Below are positions 20,283-37,424 of a stretch of DNA of 64,000 nucleotides, one piece after another. Position numbers and translations under genes: made by a program. Each line of letters starts with the position of its first letter. The first letter of the stretch is position 1. The DNA is from the human T2T-CHM13v2.0 reference genome, Homo sapiens. The notes under the pieces were generated by a model. That model worked only from the letters and a program-made list of their open reading frames with translations, had not been told where the DNA came from and ran no database searches. Where the stretch lies: assembly GCF_009914755.1 (NCBI RefSeq), contig NC_060935.1. The stretch is one strand, 5' to 3'.

Positions 20283-20441
20283 GAGTCTGTATGGGTGTGT
20301 ACTGTACAGGGTATAGGCTGTATGGAGTCTGCAGGTAAACATGCCTGTGTGTCAAAGAATGAGTCTGTATGGGTGTGTACTGTACAGGGTATAGGCTGTA
20401 TGGAGTCTGCAGGTAAACATGCCTGTGTGTCAAAGAATGAG
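20283..20441. repeat. Perfect 78-bp tandem duplication
   Basis: gagtctgtatgggtgtgtactg...gtgtcaaagaat occurs twice head-to-tail (starts 20283, 20361). Confidence 0.97.
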
Positions 20442-20520
20442 CATGTGTGTGTGTGCATGTGTCAGCATGAGAATGCCTCTGTGTTTGTGAGTGTGAGAGG
20501 GTCATATAGGTGCAGCATTC

Positions 20521-21594
<1,074 letters not shown>

Positions 21595-24500
21595 ATTCCT
21601 AATGCAAAGTTCTGAGATCCAAAATGCTCCAAAATCTAAAACATTTTTTAGCACCGACATAATGCCACAAGTGGAAAATTCCACACTTGCTTCAATGTGC
21701 ACAAACTTTGTTTCATGCATAAAATTATTCAAAATATTATATAAAACTGCTTCAGGCTGTGTGTATATAAAACATAAATGAATTTCCTGTTTAGCCTGGG
21801 GTCTCATTCCCAAGATATCTCATTATGTATATGCAAATATTCCAAAATCCGAAAAAAATCTTAAATCTGAGACACTTCTGGCCCCAAGCATTTTGGATAA
21901 GGGATACTCAACCTGTAGGTGAATGGACAGGAGTGAGACTACCAACCACCGTCCCCCCCGTCCCCGCCGCGTCCCCCTCACCCCACCCCACCCCCTCCCA
22001 TATCCTTCTCTGACCTCTGGGGAGGTGAGGACAGCGAGGGCTGGACACCACCTGGTGGCCCTGAGCTGCACTACAAGCCACCACCACCCCACTCTTTTCT
22101 CCCTGCCCCCTACTCCAACTCACACACACACAGACACACACATGCACACACACAGTTGATCCCAGCTCTCAGCTCTTTCTCTGGGGCTTCAACCCACTTT
22201 GTGCTCACCATCCCAATGCCCTACAATAGTCTTGCAAAGACTGAAGATGGAGACCCCGTCCTTCTGAGTCTCCTTCCCCTATCCCAGAGGAGGAGAAAGG
22301 AATCAGACAGCTCTCGGAGGGGAATCAGACAGGTAGGGCTCAAATCCTAACCTTGGTGCATTACTTAACCTCTCCAAACCTTAGACAACTTGGCTGCAGA
22401 ATAGACTAATGGTATCTGCTAGAATCATTGTGAAATTTAAATAAAATGCAAAATGAAACCATTAAGTTGGGAGAGCAGGACAGCTACAGGAAGCCAATGG
22501 GGTCAAGCCTTGTGTTCTGTAACCTGGTGAGGGCTGTCCTCAGGCTCTGTGCAGAGCCTCCTCCCATCTGTCCTCTCTCCCTTCCTCCCACCTCTCCTCC
22601 CTGGGCATCCTCAGATAGCTGTTTTGCTCACCTTTGCAGGGAGCTCACCCCTGCCAGAGGCTCCACCCAATACCTGTTGTGGGTGAGGGTGATGCTGAAC
22701 AGAGCCCCCACAGCTCTTCATGGAGTGGCATAGACCCCACCTCCCAGGGCCCCTCCAAGTCCTCCCTCTGCATCCCCCGACCCACTGGTCACCATGTTCT
22801 GCCAACCTAGCATCTCCTGAATTCCTCTCCTCGCCCAGCCCAGGGCACAGCACATCACCCATAGAATAATCCCTGCCCACCCTCTCCCCTTGCAGTCACT
22901 TCCCTGCTCTCCAGGGGGATCTTTCTAAAATGCACTTCTGAGTCACTCTCCTACTGAAAACCTTTCTCTGGTTCTCCACTGCCCACAGAATAAAGCCAAA
23001 CTCCACAACCTGGCATTTAAGGCCCTTCAGGATCTGGCCTTGCCTCCTCCTCCATCTCTCGGCTCCTCCACCTGCCAGTCCCTTCTGTTCTCGAGGCCTT
23101 TGCAAAAGCAGTTTCTTCTACCAGGAGTGCCTGTCCCCTTTTGCCTATAAACAACATCTGCTCATCTTTCAAACCTCATTGTTGTTCTCAGGGTTATGAT
23201 CCTGCCTGGAGCCCCATGGCCGGGCACCCCACAGCGTTGTCATGGCCTGCATCTGAGTTTAGATCTAGCTCTCCAATCAAACTGTGAGACTTTCCAGAGC
23301 AGGACAAAGACAAAGCCCTCAGCCCTAGCACAGGGTCCTGCGTGCACAAGGAAATATCTGTGGTTGTTCCCTCCATTTGGTGAAAAACAGGGATGTGTCA
23401 CAGCATGAGCCTCAAAGGAGGGCTGGGCTGGGGACAGACAGATGCAGGGTCAAGGTTCTCTTTGCCTGAAGAGTTGTGGAAGAGGAACACGCACACACAC
23501 TCAGGGTCAGGGGTCAGGCAGAAGAGCAGCTACATCAGCCCACAGTGACCCTGGGGTCAGCCAGGCACCATTAGAATAGCCATCTCTTATTGGCCGTGGG
23601 CCACAAACTGACCACTCCCACCCCCACCCGGGGACCCACTGGCCAAGCCTGGGTCCTGTGCTGTGAGAGGATAGAGACGGACTTGGGGAGCCCACAGCAG
23701 GAGCTGGGAATGGGAGGAGCCTGGAGCCCCATGACGCTAAGGGAAGCTGGAAACCTGGAGACCATTCAGCCAGAGGAGCAGATTCCAAACCCAGACAGGC
23801 TAGTGGGGCAGGGGGAGCTGCAGAGGAAGCAGATGGGCTCTGTGGTCCCAAAGGCAAAGCTGGCAATGGCTGATGGTCACAGGATGGCCCTGTCCATCTC
23901 CTTCCTGCTCCCACCAAGAAAGGAGACCCCAGTGCCCACCCTCTTAACACATCAACCTTTACTGACCAGGAAGAGATGAACACGGAGAGGAGCTCAGAGG
24001 GGGGTAGGCAAGTCGGGGACAGGGTCTGGAGACTGTGCCAGGCAGAGCCTCCGCGTAGCCCCAACCTGCAGTCTGCCCATCTTGGACTGGGCGGAAGTAA
24101 ACACTCTCATGCAGAGGAACAGACGCAACTCCTCAGACACAACCCGGGGCTGGATCTGGTGTGGAGTCTGACTCAGGGGTGCACCTTCGGCAGGACTCAG
24201 AGTAACTGGGATGTGGGACTTCCTGGGACACAGCCAGGCATCACTGCAGCTAGAAACAGAGTTCAGAGGCCTAGGCCCTCGCCGTATGGGCACTCATGAC
24301 CAGGGCAGGCCAGCGCTGGGAGGGTCTAGGACAAGCTCCAGGCTACCTCCTCCAGGCAGCCTGCCTGCTTGCCTCAACCTTTGTTTTTCCTCTATTCTAC
24401 AATCTCTGCCAGCCAACATGTCCCATCACTGCTCCATGGCCAGGCCTTCTCATCTGCCACCCACCCCTTAGCCTCCACGATCTGGCCTAGGGAGTACCCC

Positions 24501-24659
24501 AACAGGTCTATGACTTCCCCAGAAGGGGGGCTAGGCACCAAGGGTGGAGGACCCTGGAAGCCATGGAGTTCCAAAGGGCGTTTGCCTCTCCCAGTTCTAT
24601 TCCCCCCCTCCACCCACCCCAAGCACAAAGTCTGCAAACAGCCCCATGGGGGAGGACTG

Positions 24660-25900
24660 GTAGAAAGAAATAGATTTATTCTCATGTACAAAGCGGTCAG
24701 CCCACGGGACCATATACGACAGTTGCACAGAGTCCTAGAAAAACGCATCTCTCTAAAGGCAACTCAGAAAGGTAAGGCAGGTGGACCCCCTCCCCCACCC
24801 CACAACGCACACAGAATGAAACGGAGAAAAAGAGAGAAGCCAGTGGCCGGGCTGACCCAAGAGTCCCGGCCCTATGGGGTCTCCCAAGCCCCAGGGCACA
24901 GGTGGATATGGCCTTGAAGAGAGAGCCCTGCCAGGGCTGAGGCCAGGTCTCTCACTGGCTGCAGGAATGGGTAAGGGGCTCAGGCCAAGGGGAACACTCA
25001 GGGGGCCTCTGAGACACTCAGGGTTGGGCTCTCTGTGCCTTAGGGTTGCAGAAACATTCCATAGCCTCTGCTGGGACTCCGCAGAGCGATAGAGCTATTT
25101 TAGACATTGATCTAAAATGGATCTTAGAGCATGGATTGTCTTACCCGCTCCCTGTTTGGCCCAGACAGGGGAAGAGACTCGCCCAGCGTCACACAGGCAG
25201 GAGGAAGCATGGCTGGCTCATTCATACCTGGGCCTGTCTCCCAGTGCGGGGATCCCTCCTGCCCATCAATCCCATCCTGCTTCTCCCCAGGGCCCCTCTC
25301 TGCAGAGCACTGAGCTGCCCCTCTGGCAGCTTCTTCCTGGGGCCCCTGTATCCCCCAGGTCCCAATCCCACCATCAGTATAGTAGTGGTCCTCAGGGGGC
25401 CTTCGCCCCGCGGCTGTTTCTAGTCCTCCCACAGAACTAAGGACTGTTTCCAAGATGCCACACTCTGCTCACTCAGATGTCTCACCTTCCCCTTCCATGA
25501 GGATCCTGGAGACCCCAAAGGGTGGGAGTCCTCAAAGGGAAAGGAGCAAAGATCTGGTGGGGCAGAAATGGGGCAAGGAGAAACCATCAAGCTGCTCAGA
25601 CAAAGAATGGCTTGGGAAAGACTTGCCAAGGTGTGGTCAGAGGTGCAGAGTAGGGCCCACTGCTCATTGGTCACCCCTGTGCTCTCAGAGAACAAATTAC
25701 AAAGTCTCCGTGAGGTTGGAAGTCTTGCTTCCATTATACAGACGAGAAAGCTGAGGCCCAGGAAGGTAGTACTTGTCCAGGGTCACACAGGAAGTCCTGG
25801 TCTAGGACCCAGGACCCGTGGCTCTGTTCCCAGTGCATCTGGCCAGACCAGTGGAGGGCTGTGGGAGGTGGCCTGGGCAGGGAAGTGTCCCTGGAGGGGA
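24660..25900 (-). other. PDE2A: PDE2A 3' UTR (~1.25 kb; cleavage site approximate)
   Basis: Lies between the stop codon and the first AATAAA I found on the minus strand. Confidence 0.85.
24675..24680 (-). terminator. Polyadenylation signal AATAAA of PDE2A
   Basis: Plus strand tttatt; G/T-containing sequence further downstream on the minus strand. Confidence 0.85.
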
Positions 25901-26149
<249 letters not shown>

Positions 26150-26206
26150 TCAGACCATGGGCAGCAAGAAAGACTAGGGCTACACAACAAATAGAATTTC
26201 CACAAG

Positions 26207-26737
<531 letters not shown>

Positions 26738-26740
26738 TCA

Positions 26741-26914
<174 letters not shown>

Positions 26915-26984
26915 TCAAGCCCTCCCTGTCCCAGGCCAGGAACCCTCCCCCATCCTGGACATCCTGGGGTCACTCCACACATAC

Positions 26985-27023
26985 CAGGTCTCCCTGGGAG
27001 AAGAATTCTTTGTAGATCAGCTC
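26985..27023 (-). CDS. PDE2A: PDE2A exon 29 (ELIYKEFFSQGDL)
   Basis: 39 nt; acceptor cctttcag, donor gtatgt; EFFxQGD motif. Confidence 0.97.
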
Positions 27024-27126
27024 CTGAAAGGCCAACACTCTCATCACATCCTCTATGTAGGATACATCCACCCAAGCTCCTCTGACAGCCCGTTCCCAGG
27101 AGAGAAAACTGAGGCCCAGGGATTCA

Positions 27127-27922
<796 letters not shown>

Positions 27923-27925
27923 CTA

Positions 27926-28165
<240 letters not shown>

Positions 28166-29085
28166 TTACCATTGACCCCAAGAGAGGAAGCAGGGGCCTC
28201 GTCCAGCTCCAGCCCCCAGGTCAGCAGAGCAGTCAGAAAGGGGGAGTCAGGGGCCCCAGTTCCCTTTCTGAGCTCTGTTTCAACCCTCTGTGTGACCCAG
28301 GGTGAGTCCCTAGACCACTCTGAGCCTCAGACTCCTCAGCTGTCACATGCAGGGACCCAACAAGGTAAGCTCTGGGGTCCCTGAAAGCTGGAACATTTTT
28401 GAAATGATCCTTTGGAGTCCTAGACACCAAATCATGCAGAACACATTTGTTTGCTGACAAGGAGAGGCAGTGATGAGGCAAGGGCAAGGCCCCCATTTCC
28501 GGATGCTGAAGGGCTGTCACTCAGAAAAGGAGCAGCTTATCTCAGGGGGGCAGAGGGCAGAACCAGCACTGCCACCAGGCCTCCTGGGAGAGAGACAGAG
28601 AACCTCGTCTCTGGGGGTGTGCAAGCAGGGGCAGCCTCTGGAGAGGTGTTGTGGGAAGTAGCATGAGGCAAGGTGACCTTGGAAATGTGTCTCCTACTCT
28701 GTGCCAAGCCCTGTGCCAAGTGCAGGGAACTCAGAAATGGCTCAGACCTTGTGCACGAGGAGGTAGGCAGACCCAAACCAAACAATCTAAGGTGACGCTA
28801 AGTGATGGGAGTGGAGCCCATCCCAAGTTTGGCAGGAGGGGGCTGAATGGGGTGTTCCCAGGCAGCCAAAGGGAAACACGCTGAACACAAATCCTTGCTA
28901 TCATCCGCACCTGCACCCTTCCAAGCCCACTCCAGGAAAATGAGCCAGACATGTCCTAGGTGTGGCTGCAGCTCTCGCAGCCTGTCTGGAGAGCATGGTT
29001 TGGGAATAGGAGGAGCTGGGTCATAACTTTGCAAGTCACTGGCCTTAAAGGGGAAGAAGGACGGGGTGGGACAGAAGAGTGATAC

Positions 29086-29133
29086 CTCCATGACGGAGCC
29101 CTCAGAGCTGTAGAGCGCAGCCAGCACAGATTT
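29086..29133 (-). CDS. PDE2A: PDE2A exon 25 (KSVLAALYSSEGSVME)
   Basis: 48 nt; acceptor ttttccag, donor gtatca. Confidence 0.97.
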
Positions 29134-29325
29134 CTGGAAAAGCCCAGGAAAACTGTGGTCACTCCTCACATCCGGATCCAAGTGCCACTGCTTTAGGCTG
29201 AGCAGTGTCCTGCCCTTCCACCTTTCTCCCCTCCTCCCTATCTCAGAGCCAGGGGCAAACCCTGGGGGAACCTCCTCCTGTGTCTAAACCTGGCTCCTGG
29301 TCTCACTCGCTCCCACCCATCTTCA

Positions 29326-29535
<210 letters not shown>

Positions 29536-29865
29536 CTAAATCCCCAAGAGGACAGACAGGAGATGACATGCCCAGGAGCCACTGGGACAGGAGGTTGGAA
29601 CACCTGGGTTCCCTTCCTGGAAAGAAGCACTGGTTTGGAGTCCAGCAGACCCGGGTTTAAATCAGGCTCAGTCTTCACTAGCTGCTTGGCTGTGAGCAAG
29701 CCCCTCCTGGAAGATGGGGCTCACAGCCTTCCCCTCTAGTCCCCTGGGGCTAAGAAGATCCCATGAGGCAGTGCGTGTAAAGTGCCTGACACACAGGGGG
29801 TGCTTCCCTGTCCCAGGGAAGGGGACCCCAGTGGCTGCCAGATGTGGGGGAGATGCAGCCACTCA

Positions 29866-31076
<1,211 letters not shown>

Positions 31077-31947
31077 CTAGAGGAGACCAGCCAGAGCATT
31101 AGAAGACAGCCTTCACCCCATCTGGTGTCTTCACCCTCAAATTCCCATGGCAGGTGGGGGATCCGTCACCCAGAATGTACCACAGTTGGGCCACCACGCT
31201 GTGGACTGTAACTGGGCAGGAAATCACCACCCTCCCCTCACAGCCCTGCAGCCCACCCCGCGCGCCTTCCTGCAGGTGACCACCCTTTATCTGTAACAGC
31301 ATAACCTTGGCAAAGATCGACAACACCCCTTCATGACACCCCCAAACCATGGCAGCATTTCATACACAGTAACTGTAGCAGTCCTCCTTTTGTGGAGACC
31401 TTTCTACTCTCTAACCTTAACTCTTCCTACTACAGTTTTGATCCAACTCACAAGGTCTGGGCCTCTCTGGTTTGGACACAGGTGAGAGGAAATGTCCAAA
31501 TGAACAGCGACTACCATATACATGGAACTAAGCCAGCTTTTGTGACCCAGGGTAGGGAATGGGATAGATTATCAGCAATTAAGACTGCCCAGGGCTGCAT
31601 GGGCATTGTACCTAGGGAAGCCATGGGGACGGGTCCTGGGTGAGCTTCCTAGCCCTCAGTAATTCCCAAGATGGGAATTATTCCCTGAACATGGGGAATA
31701 CCTGGCTGAACCAATTACTCCCTGGGCTGGTTCCTCTGGCTACTTCCAGCCTTGGGACTGAGCTCAGAAGCAGCTTGGAGGAGAGGTCTCTAAGCAGGGG
31801 TGGGAGCTGCCCCTAAGGAGGGCAGGAGGCCTGCTGTGGCTCTGGGCCTATCCTCTCATCCTCAGTAGAGATTGATCAGGAAGCCCTGCCTGGCCCTGGG
31901 TCCCCAGGGAATCTGGGAGGAGGACCAGAGGTCTCTGCAAGCCTCAC

Positions 31948-32025
31948 CTTCATGTGGTACATCATCATCTCATTGGCCAGGTGGCTGCGATACTGAGCCT
32001 CATTCACTTTTTTGTATAGGAGAGA
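31948..32025 (-). CDS. PDE2A: PDE2A exon 20 ([26 protein letters not shown])
   Basis: 78 nt; acceptor ttcccctag, donor gtgagg. Confidence 0.97.
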
Positions 32026-32711
32026 CTAGGGGAAAGAGGGAAAGATGGGGCTCAAGGAAGGTGGCTGTGAAAATTTAGCAATGCCCAGGACTGGGATGAA
32101 GGGGTCAAAAAGACACCCCACTTCCTGTCCCATTCTGGCCCCAGTCAAAACCTTCAAGCTCCAGTCCACAGTAAAGACCTCACCCCCACTTTCATCCAGA
32201 CCCCCGCGCCGGTTCCTCCTCATCAAGTTCTCCCAGCATTTGGTCTGGCCCTTTGCACTCCCCCACACCTGATCCAGGCTTCAGTGATGGAGCCCAAGGC
32301 CCATGGCAGGGAAGGAGAAGCAAGGAGGGGATCATGTCAGGGACCTTGGGGCTGGATTCCCAGGCCAGAGCGCCAGTAGGCCTGGACACCGAGACCCAGC
32401 ACTTCCAAAAAAGCACTCGGCTTGGGTTGAGACTGCTTCCAGGGAAGAGAGGAGGTTTTGACAACGGGAGTTTCTCATGGTCCCAGGAGGCTGAGTGGAC
32501 AGGGCAGGAAATCGTATGCCCAATTTTTAGATGGGAAACTGAGCCCAGAGGTGGCCAGCGTGTCCTGAAGGCTGCACCCCAGCGGCGGGACTCTGAGTGC
32601 CAGACCAAGGGATCAATCCACAAGGAGAGTCAGTCGGAGGAGGAGAACCGAGGGTCCTTCGTGGGCCCCGCCCCCTATCACCCCACACCCCACTCCCAAC
32701 CCCGCCCTCAC

Positions 32712-32824
32712 ATGGGCGATGCTGATGCCGCAGTAGATGGAGAAGGCCGTCGCCAGGTCCTCGTCGAACTTGCTGAACCATGGCCCATTGATCTTGTTCA
32801 CCAGCTCGGCCACACCGATGACCT
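32712..32824 (-). CDS. PDE2A: PDE2A exon 19 ([37 protein letters not shown])
   Basis: 113 nt; acceptor ttccccag, donor gtgagg; NKx..FxxxDE GAF signature. Confidence 0.97.
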
Positions 32825-33061
32825 CTGGGGAAGGGAGAGGGGCAAGGAACCACCGGTGGAGGGAGGGATCGGTTGGAGGGAGGGATCCGGCCGGGACCTG
32901 CCCTCGCAGTTTCCGCAGGTTACGTACGTCCCAGGCATGGAACCCGACTCCCTTATGCTCCGGGACGCCGGAGGCGGTGGGGAAGTGTTGCCACCCCCGC
33001 TCGCTCGGACCCGCCCCGCCCGGCGCAGGCCCCGCCCCTCCGCCCGGGCCGCCACGCGCAC

Positions 33062-33239
33062 CCTGGTTCTCGTTCTTGATGGGGAAGCAGAGGATGTTGC
33101 GCGTGCGGAAGCCGGTGCTGTCGTCCACGCCGCGGTAGAAAAGCGGATGGGCATATGCGTCAGGGATGTTCAGGATCTGGCCCGTGGTCGCCACGTGTCC
33201 CGCGATGCCCTGATCGGCCGGGATGCGGATCTCATAGCT
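33062..33239 (-). CDS. PDE2A: PDE2A exon 18 ([20 protein letters not shown]...FPIKNENQ), cGMP-binding GAF-B core
   Basis: 178 nt; acceptor tccggcag, donor gtgcgc. Confidence 0.97.
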
Positions 33240-33382
33240 CTGCCGGAGCAGAGATGGAGTCGAGAGGAAGAAGTTAGTGACCCGGCCACAGAGGGGACTG
33301 TTAAACCTCGGGCCGCTCCCCAGCGCCGCCGGCGGACTCCCGGACACCCCTAGGGCCACATACTCCCTCCACGCCCTCTCAC

Positions 33383-33455
33383 CTCATCATCCACCACGCC
33401 CCCGTCGAACACCTTGGCCACCAGCTCATTCTGATCCAGCAGGAACACAGAGCAG
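33383..33455 (-). CDS. PDE2A: PDE2A exon 17 ([24 protein letters not shown])
   Basis: 73 nt; acceptor ctccacag, donor gtgaga. Confidence 0.97.
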
Positions 33456-33880
33456 CTGTGGAGGGAGGGGTTTGGTCCTCTGGGGCCTGACAACCCCCTC
33501 TGATCGCCCTCACGTCCCATAAGGAGGCAAAGGCCGGATTTCCGAGGCCTGGGAGGAGTGCTCCAAGGTAAGACACTCTGCTCAGGGCTGGCTGGCTCCA
33601 GAAACGTGTCCATTCAAGTGTTTTGTTTTTTTTTTTTTTGGAAGCACCTACTATGTGCCAGGCACTGTGATAGGAGCTGAGGATCCAAAGCCAGCCCTGT
33701 CCCTGCTGTATTGGAGCCTACAGTCTAGCGAGGGAGACAGGCATGAAATAAAGGATCCCTCAAAAGGTGATGAAGTCCCGCAGAAGGCAGAGAAAGGGAA
33801 GTGGGTGGGGCAGGAAAGAAGATGATGGGGACTGAAGGCCACAGCCTCTCTCGCCCTGTCCCCTGGGTAGAGTCACTCAC

Positions 33881-33944
33881 ATCTCTGCGTTGCTGAGGTT
33901 TCTGGCCTCCGTGATGATCTCCTGGAGCAGGACAGAGACGTCAT
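33881..33944 (-). CDS. PDE2A: PDE2A exon 16 (DDVSVLLQEIITEARNLSNAE), GAF-B
   Basis: 64 nt; acceptor ttccccag, donor gtgagt. Confidence 0.97.
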
Positions 33945-34063
33945 CTGGGGAAGGGAGAAGACCAGGCAGGGTGAGACCAGGCTGCCAAGACCTCCCGCCT
34001 CTCCTCTGCAAATGCCAGCCCCCATGCCCACACACAGCCAGGCAGAGAGAACAGTGCACTCAC

Positions 34064-34103
34064 CCAGGTGGGTGAAGAGGTTCTTTGCCACTTGGAGAAG
34101 AGC
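34064..34103 (-). CDS. PDE2A: PDE2A exon 15 (ALLQVAKNLFTHL)
   Basis: 40 nt; acceptor cattccag, donor gtgagt. Confidence 0.97.
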
Positions 34104-34353
34104 CTGGAATGAAGGAAATGGAGATCATAGGGGGGTCGGGGTGTAGGGGTCACCCTATCCAACCTTCTGCCTCCAACAGCACCCGGGTCTTCTCCTTCCT
34201 TCCCTAGGGCTCACTGGACAAGCCAGAAACTGTCAGTGTCTAATTATATCATTTGGCTACTAAGTGAAGGAGTGAGGGAATAGCCCCGGTGCAGGTGAGG
34301 AGTCTCCTGAGTGTCTCAGCCGCCTTCACGCCAGCTCTAGCTGCCTAGGTGTT

Positions 34354-34390
34354 GCTGTAGTGCACATATTGAACACTAGAGGGCGATCAC
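34354..34390 (+). promoter_or_regulatory. Candidate CTCF site with upstream motif
   Basis: gctgtagtgc-acatat-tgaacactagagggcgatc resembles the core CCACYAGRKGGCRC plus the upstream TGCAG-type motif; motif match only. Confidence 0.55.
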
Positions 34391-34579
34391 ATACAGTGCC
34401 TGCGGGCAGTGGCGCGGGTCCTGAACAACTGCAAGCCTTCAAGTTATGAGGTTATGGAGCCACCTGGGGAAGGGCTGCCACCAGTCCAGAAAGACATGGG
34501 CATTTCCCTTCTGAATGGCTCTCGGGGCTGAAAACTGAGCGAGTCGGTGCCCGAGAGAGGCTGAAGGCAGGTCACTCAC

Positions 34580-34691
34580 CTGGCACTCACACTTGAGTTT
34601 CTGTTCCTTCTGGAAGGCCAGGGTGCTGGTGAGCACGGTGCTGGTGTAGTGGAAGCAGTGCTGGATCACATGCTCGTCCTCGTCGGTGAAC
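34580..34691 (-). CDS. PDE2A: PDE2A exon 14 ([11 protein letters not shown]...KLKCECQ)
   Basis: 112 nt; acceptor ctcctccag, donor gtgagt; GAF F..DE motif. Confidence 0.97.
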
Positions 34692-37293
34692 CTGGAGGAG
34701 GGGGTGGGCTCACTCAGGAGGGAAGGGAAGACTGGCTTCTCTCCCCACTCTCCTTACTTCTGTTCCATCAGAAGCCCACAGGGGTACCCACCTGCCAACT
34801 ATATAACCACTGCACAGGCCCTTGGAACAGCTTCCCACCCCCATGACCCTGCAGACTGGGGGCTGCCCAAGGGGAGGGCTCCAGTCCTCCTTAGATGCTT
34901 GAAACCAGAGCCATACCTCCCGTCTCTGATTTGGGATTTACCCAGCCCAAAGCTGGGTCTCCTCCCTCAGACTAGAGATTGCCTGGGCTCAAGCTGGTGT
35001 TCTGCTCTTCCCCAGGCACACCTCCAGCCTTGGGGAGGGGCGGTGGCACTGCCCTATCTTGTGCAGCTCCTGTCACTACCCCACTCTCCCTGGACTCCGC
35101 TGGCCCTGATTCGGTGCCTCCAGAAATCTTAGGGTGGTGGTGTGGAGAGGACTGCTTGCCCTGCTCATGGAGCTAGCTCTGGTGAGACAAGATAAGCCCC
35201 AAATCCTGCTCACGTCATTCAATCTGGCCACCAAATGATTTGTCACTGGGGAGCTGCATGGGGCTGGGTGGACCAATGGTGTGGGTCATGGGAAGAGCCT
35301 GCCTTAGCCCACATCACGCTGCCCTGAGGTGTCCCTGCCTAAGCCCTTCCCCACTTTTTGGCTGGCCTTGGTGCTCCACCCTGGTGGGGCATCCCCCATT
35401 CATGCTTGCCATCCAGTGATTCGGATCTAGATCCCATCCCCACCATCCTGGGTCTGTCTGCACACCTTTCTTACATTTGTGGTCCCTCAGCTAGCCCCAC
35501 CCACCTGTCACCCCTCAACCCAGAACATCTCTCAGCTTCAGCCACACAAAGATCCTCATCATTCTGAGAAAACCTTGGGCTCTTTCACACCTTCATGCTT
35601 TTTTTTCTACACTGTTCCCTCGGCCTAGAATACCCTTCTCACTCTCTTCCCTCTATGCCCTGAAAATGAGCTTTGAGTCTTATGAAATGGGGCCATGACT
35701 ATATCACCCATGCCCAGTGCAGAGCCTGGTACAGAGGAAACACTTCGGAGGTCTTTGCTAATGTCGTCAGTGTATCCTATCCCTGGCCTTGCCACCAGCC
35801 CCATCCCACTCACAGCTGAAGGGCTTCTGGAGCCCCTGTTCTCTGGCTACTTAGCTGTGTTTCAGGAAGCTTCTCTGTAGTCACTGCACTGAGCTGAGCC
35901 CCACCCTGGCTCATGCAGTCATTCAACACTCACTCCCTGAAATGCGTGGGACCCAGAGATAGCCCTGCCCCTGCCCTGGGCCTCAAAGCTGCCACCAAGG
36001 CCCCATCCTTATTTCCTGCTGATACCACCTCTTCTCCAGCTCTGGGGCCATCCTAGAACCCAATCTCACAGCCAGCAGCAAGAAGTCATGGCCCCTGCTG
36101 GACCCCCATTCACTCTACCTTCCCTTCCCCAAAGGCCTTCCCAAGGCCATCTGGTCAGCACTGGGATGGCAACATTAAGTGCTCAATATTTGTTTGCTGA
36201 ATGGCATAAATTCTCCCACCATTAGGATGCCCACAAGTTCCAAATGCCACCAATCCCACATTCTCCCTGCCTCAGCTGATTCTGCCTTGCCCCTATCTTT
36301 GTTTCTCCAGGCCCACCCAACTGTCAACACAGTTCCATGCTGGTAGGTTCTGCAGCTCAGACCTAGGACTCCTGGATCTCCACCCTACCCCAGCAGACCT
36401 CAGGCCCGGGCTCTGACACCTACCTAGTCCCAGGCTCTCTAGTGTCCACCTCCTGCAGGAGCTCCAGGCCCTGAAACCCAGCCTGTTTGCTTGGACTCCA
36501 GAGACCAGCATCCTATCAGCATCTCTTTGCATCAGGACTCAGCCCCTCATCTGTCTACTTCTCCCCACCTATGTGACACAGCACAAACTGCTCATCCTGC
36601 CAGCCCAAGTGTGAACCTGCACCCAGGACAGAAATGGCTCATCAGACGCAGCACTGTTTCTCCCTGAACTAAGATCCATTTGCAATAAAATTCAGGCACC
36701 TACTGCCTGTTTATGAGTTGGTGTAGGATATGAAATTTATTTATGACACCATTTCTAGACCCCAGGTTTGTCCTCAGTTCTCGAGATATCCTTTCCAACT
36801 AAGCCTCCAAGCCTGCTTTCCTGTCCACTGTGCCCTGCCCACAAAAAAAGAGATTTTTGTGTATCATTTTTATAGCTGCCCTGTCAGGGGCTCAAAAGAT
36901 CCACAGCTTTTCCCAGTCCCCAAGCATATTCCCTTTAGCCACTGTCCACTGTGTTGATGATGCTTTGTGGGTCCCAGAGGGTTCATCCAACCCAGAGCAC
37001 ACCCACCCCTCCATCTAGCAGTTTATAGCAGTAATGCAAAAACAGGGATGGCAAGGGAGGGAACCCAATACCCCAAGAGCAGATTACCCAAACTTCAGGA
37101 AGCAGGAGAAGAGAAGAGGAACTAGCTTGGACCTCAACATGACTTTCATTCTCTTGCACTAACACACTGTTCAACCCACTGCTGCTGAGACAGTAGCCCC
37201 TGCCCAGTACCCATCCCACATTGTTACCCTCGTGGAGCCCTAGCCAGCCTCTCAGTGACATCTCCTGATCTGCATCATCCCACAAAGACTCAC

Positions 37294-37424
37294 AAGTCTC
37301 CTTCTAGCTTGTTGAAGGCGCAGGCCAAGGCCACCACCTGGTCAGTGGCCCGGCTGATGACAGGGACACAGAGCATGGCCTGCAGCTCACAGCCCAACAT
37401 GCTCTGCAGCTGTTGTACATCCTC
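37294..37424 (-). CDS. PDE2A: PDE2A exon 13 ([10 protein letters not shown]...[10 protein letters not shown])
   Basis: 131 nt; acceptor ctttgcag, donor gtgagt; GAF NK motif. Confidence 0.97.

Larger units (their letters stand above)
32690..33420. promoter_or_regulatory. Intragenic CpG island over exons 17-19
   Basis: Dense CpG and GC boxes (ccgccccgcc, ccccgcccc) extend through the introns as well as the exons. Confidence 0.85.

Noticed and set aside
32253-33353. 366-aa plus-strand ORF
   Set aside because: Antisense shadow of PDE2A exons 18-19 in a GC-rich, stop-poor island; non-ATG start, low-complexity product, no recognisable domain.
32613-33359. 248-aa minus-strand ORF running through intron 18
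   Set aside because: Exons 18 and 19 joined by a 237-nt GC-rich intron that is in frame and stop-free; compatible with intron retention, but no independent evidence, and not a separate gene.
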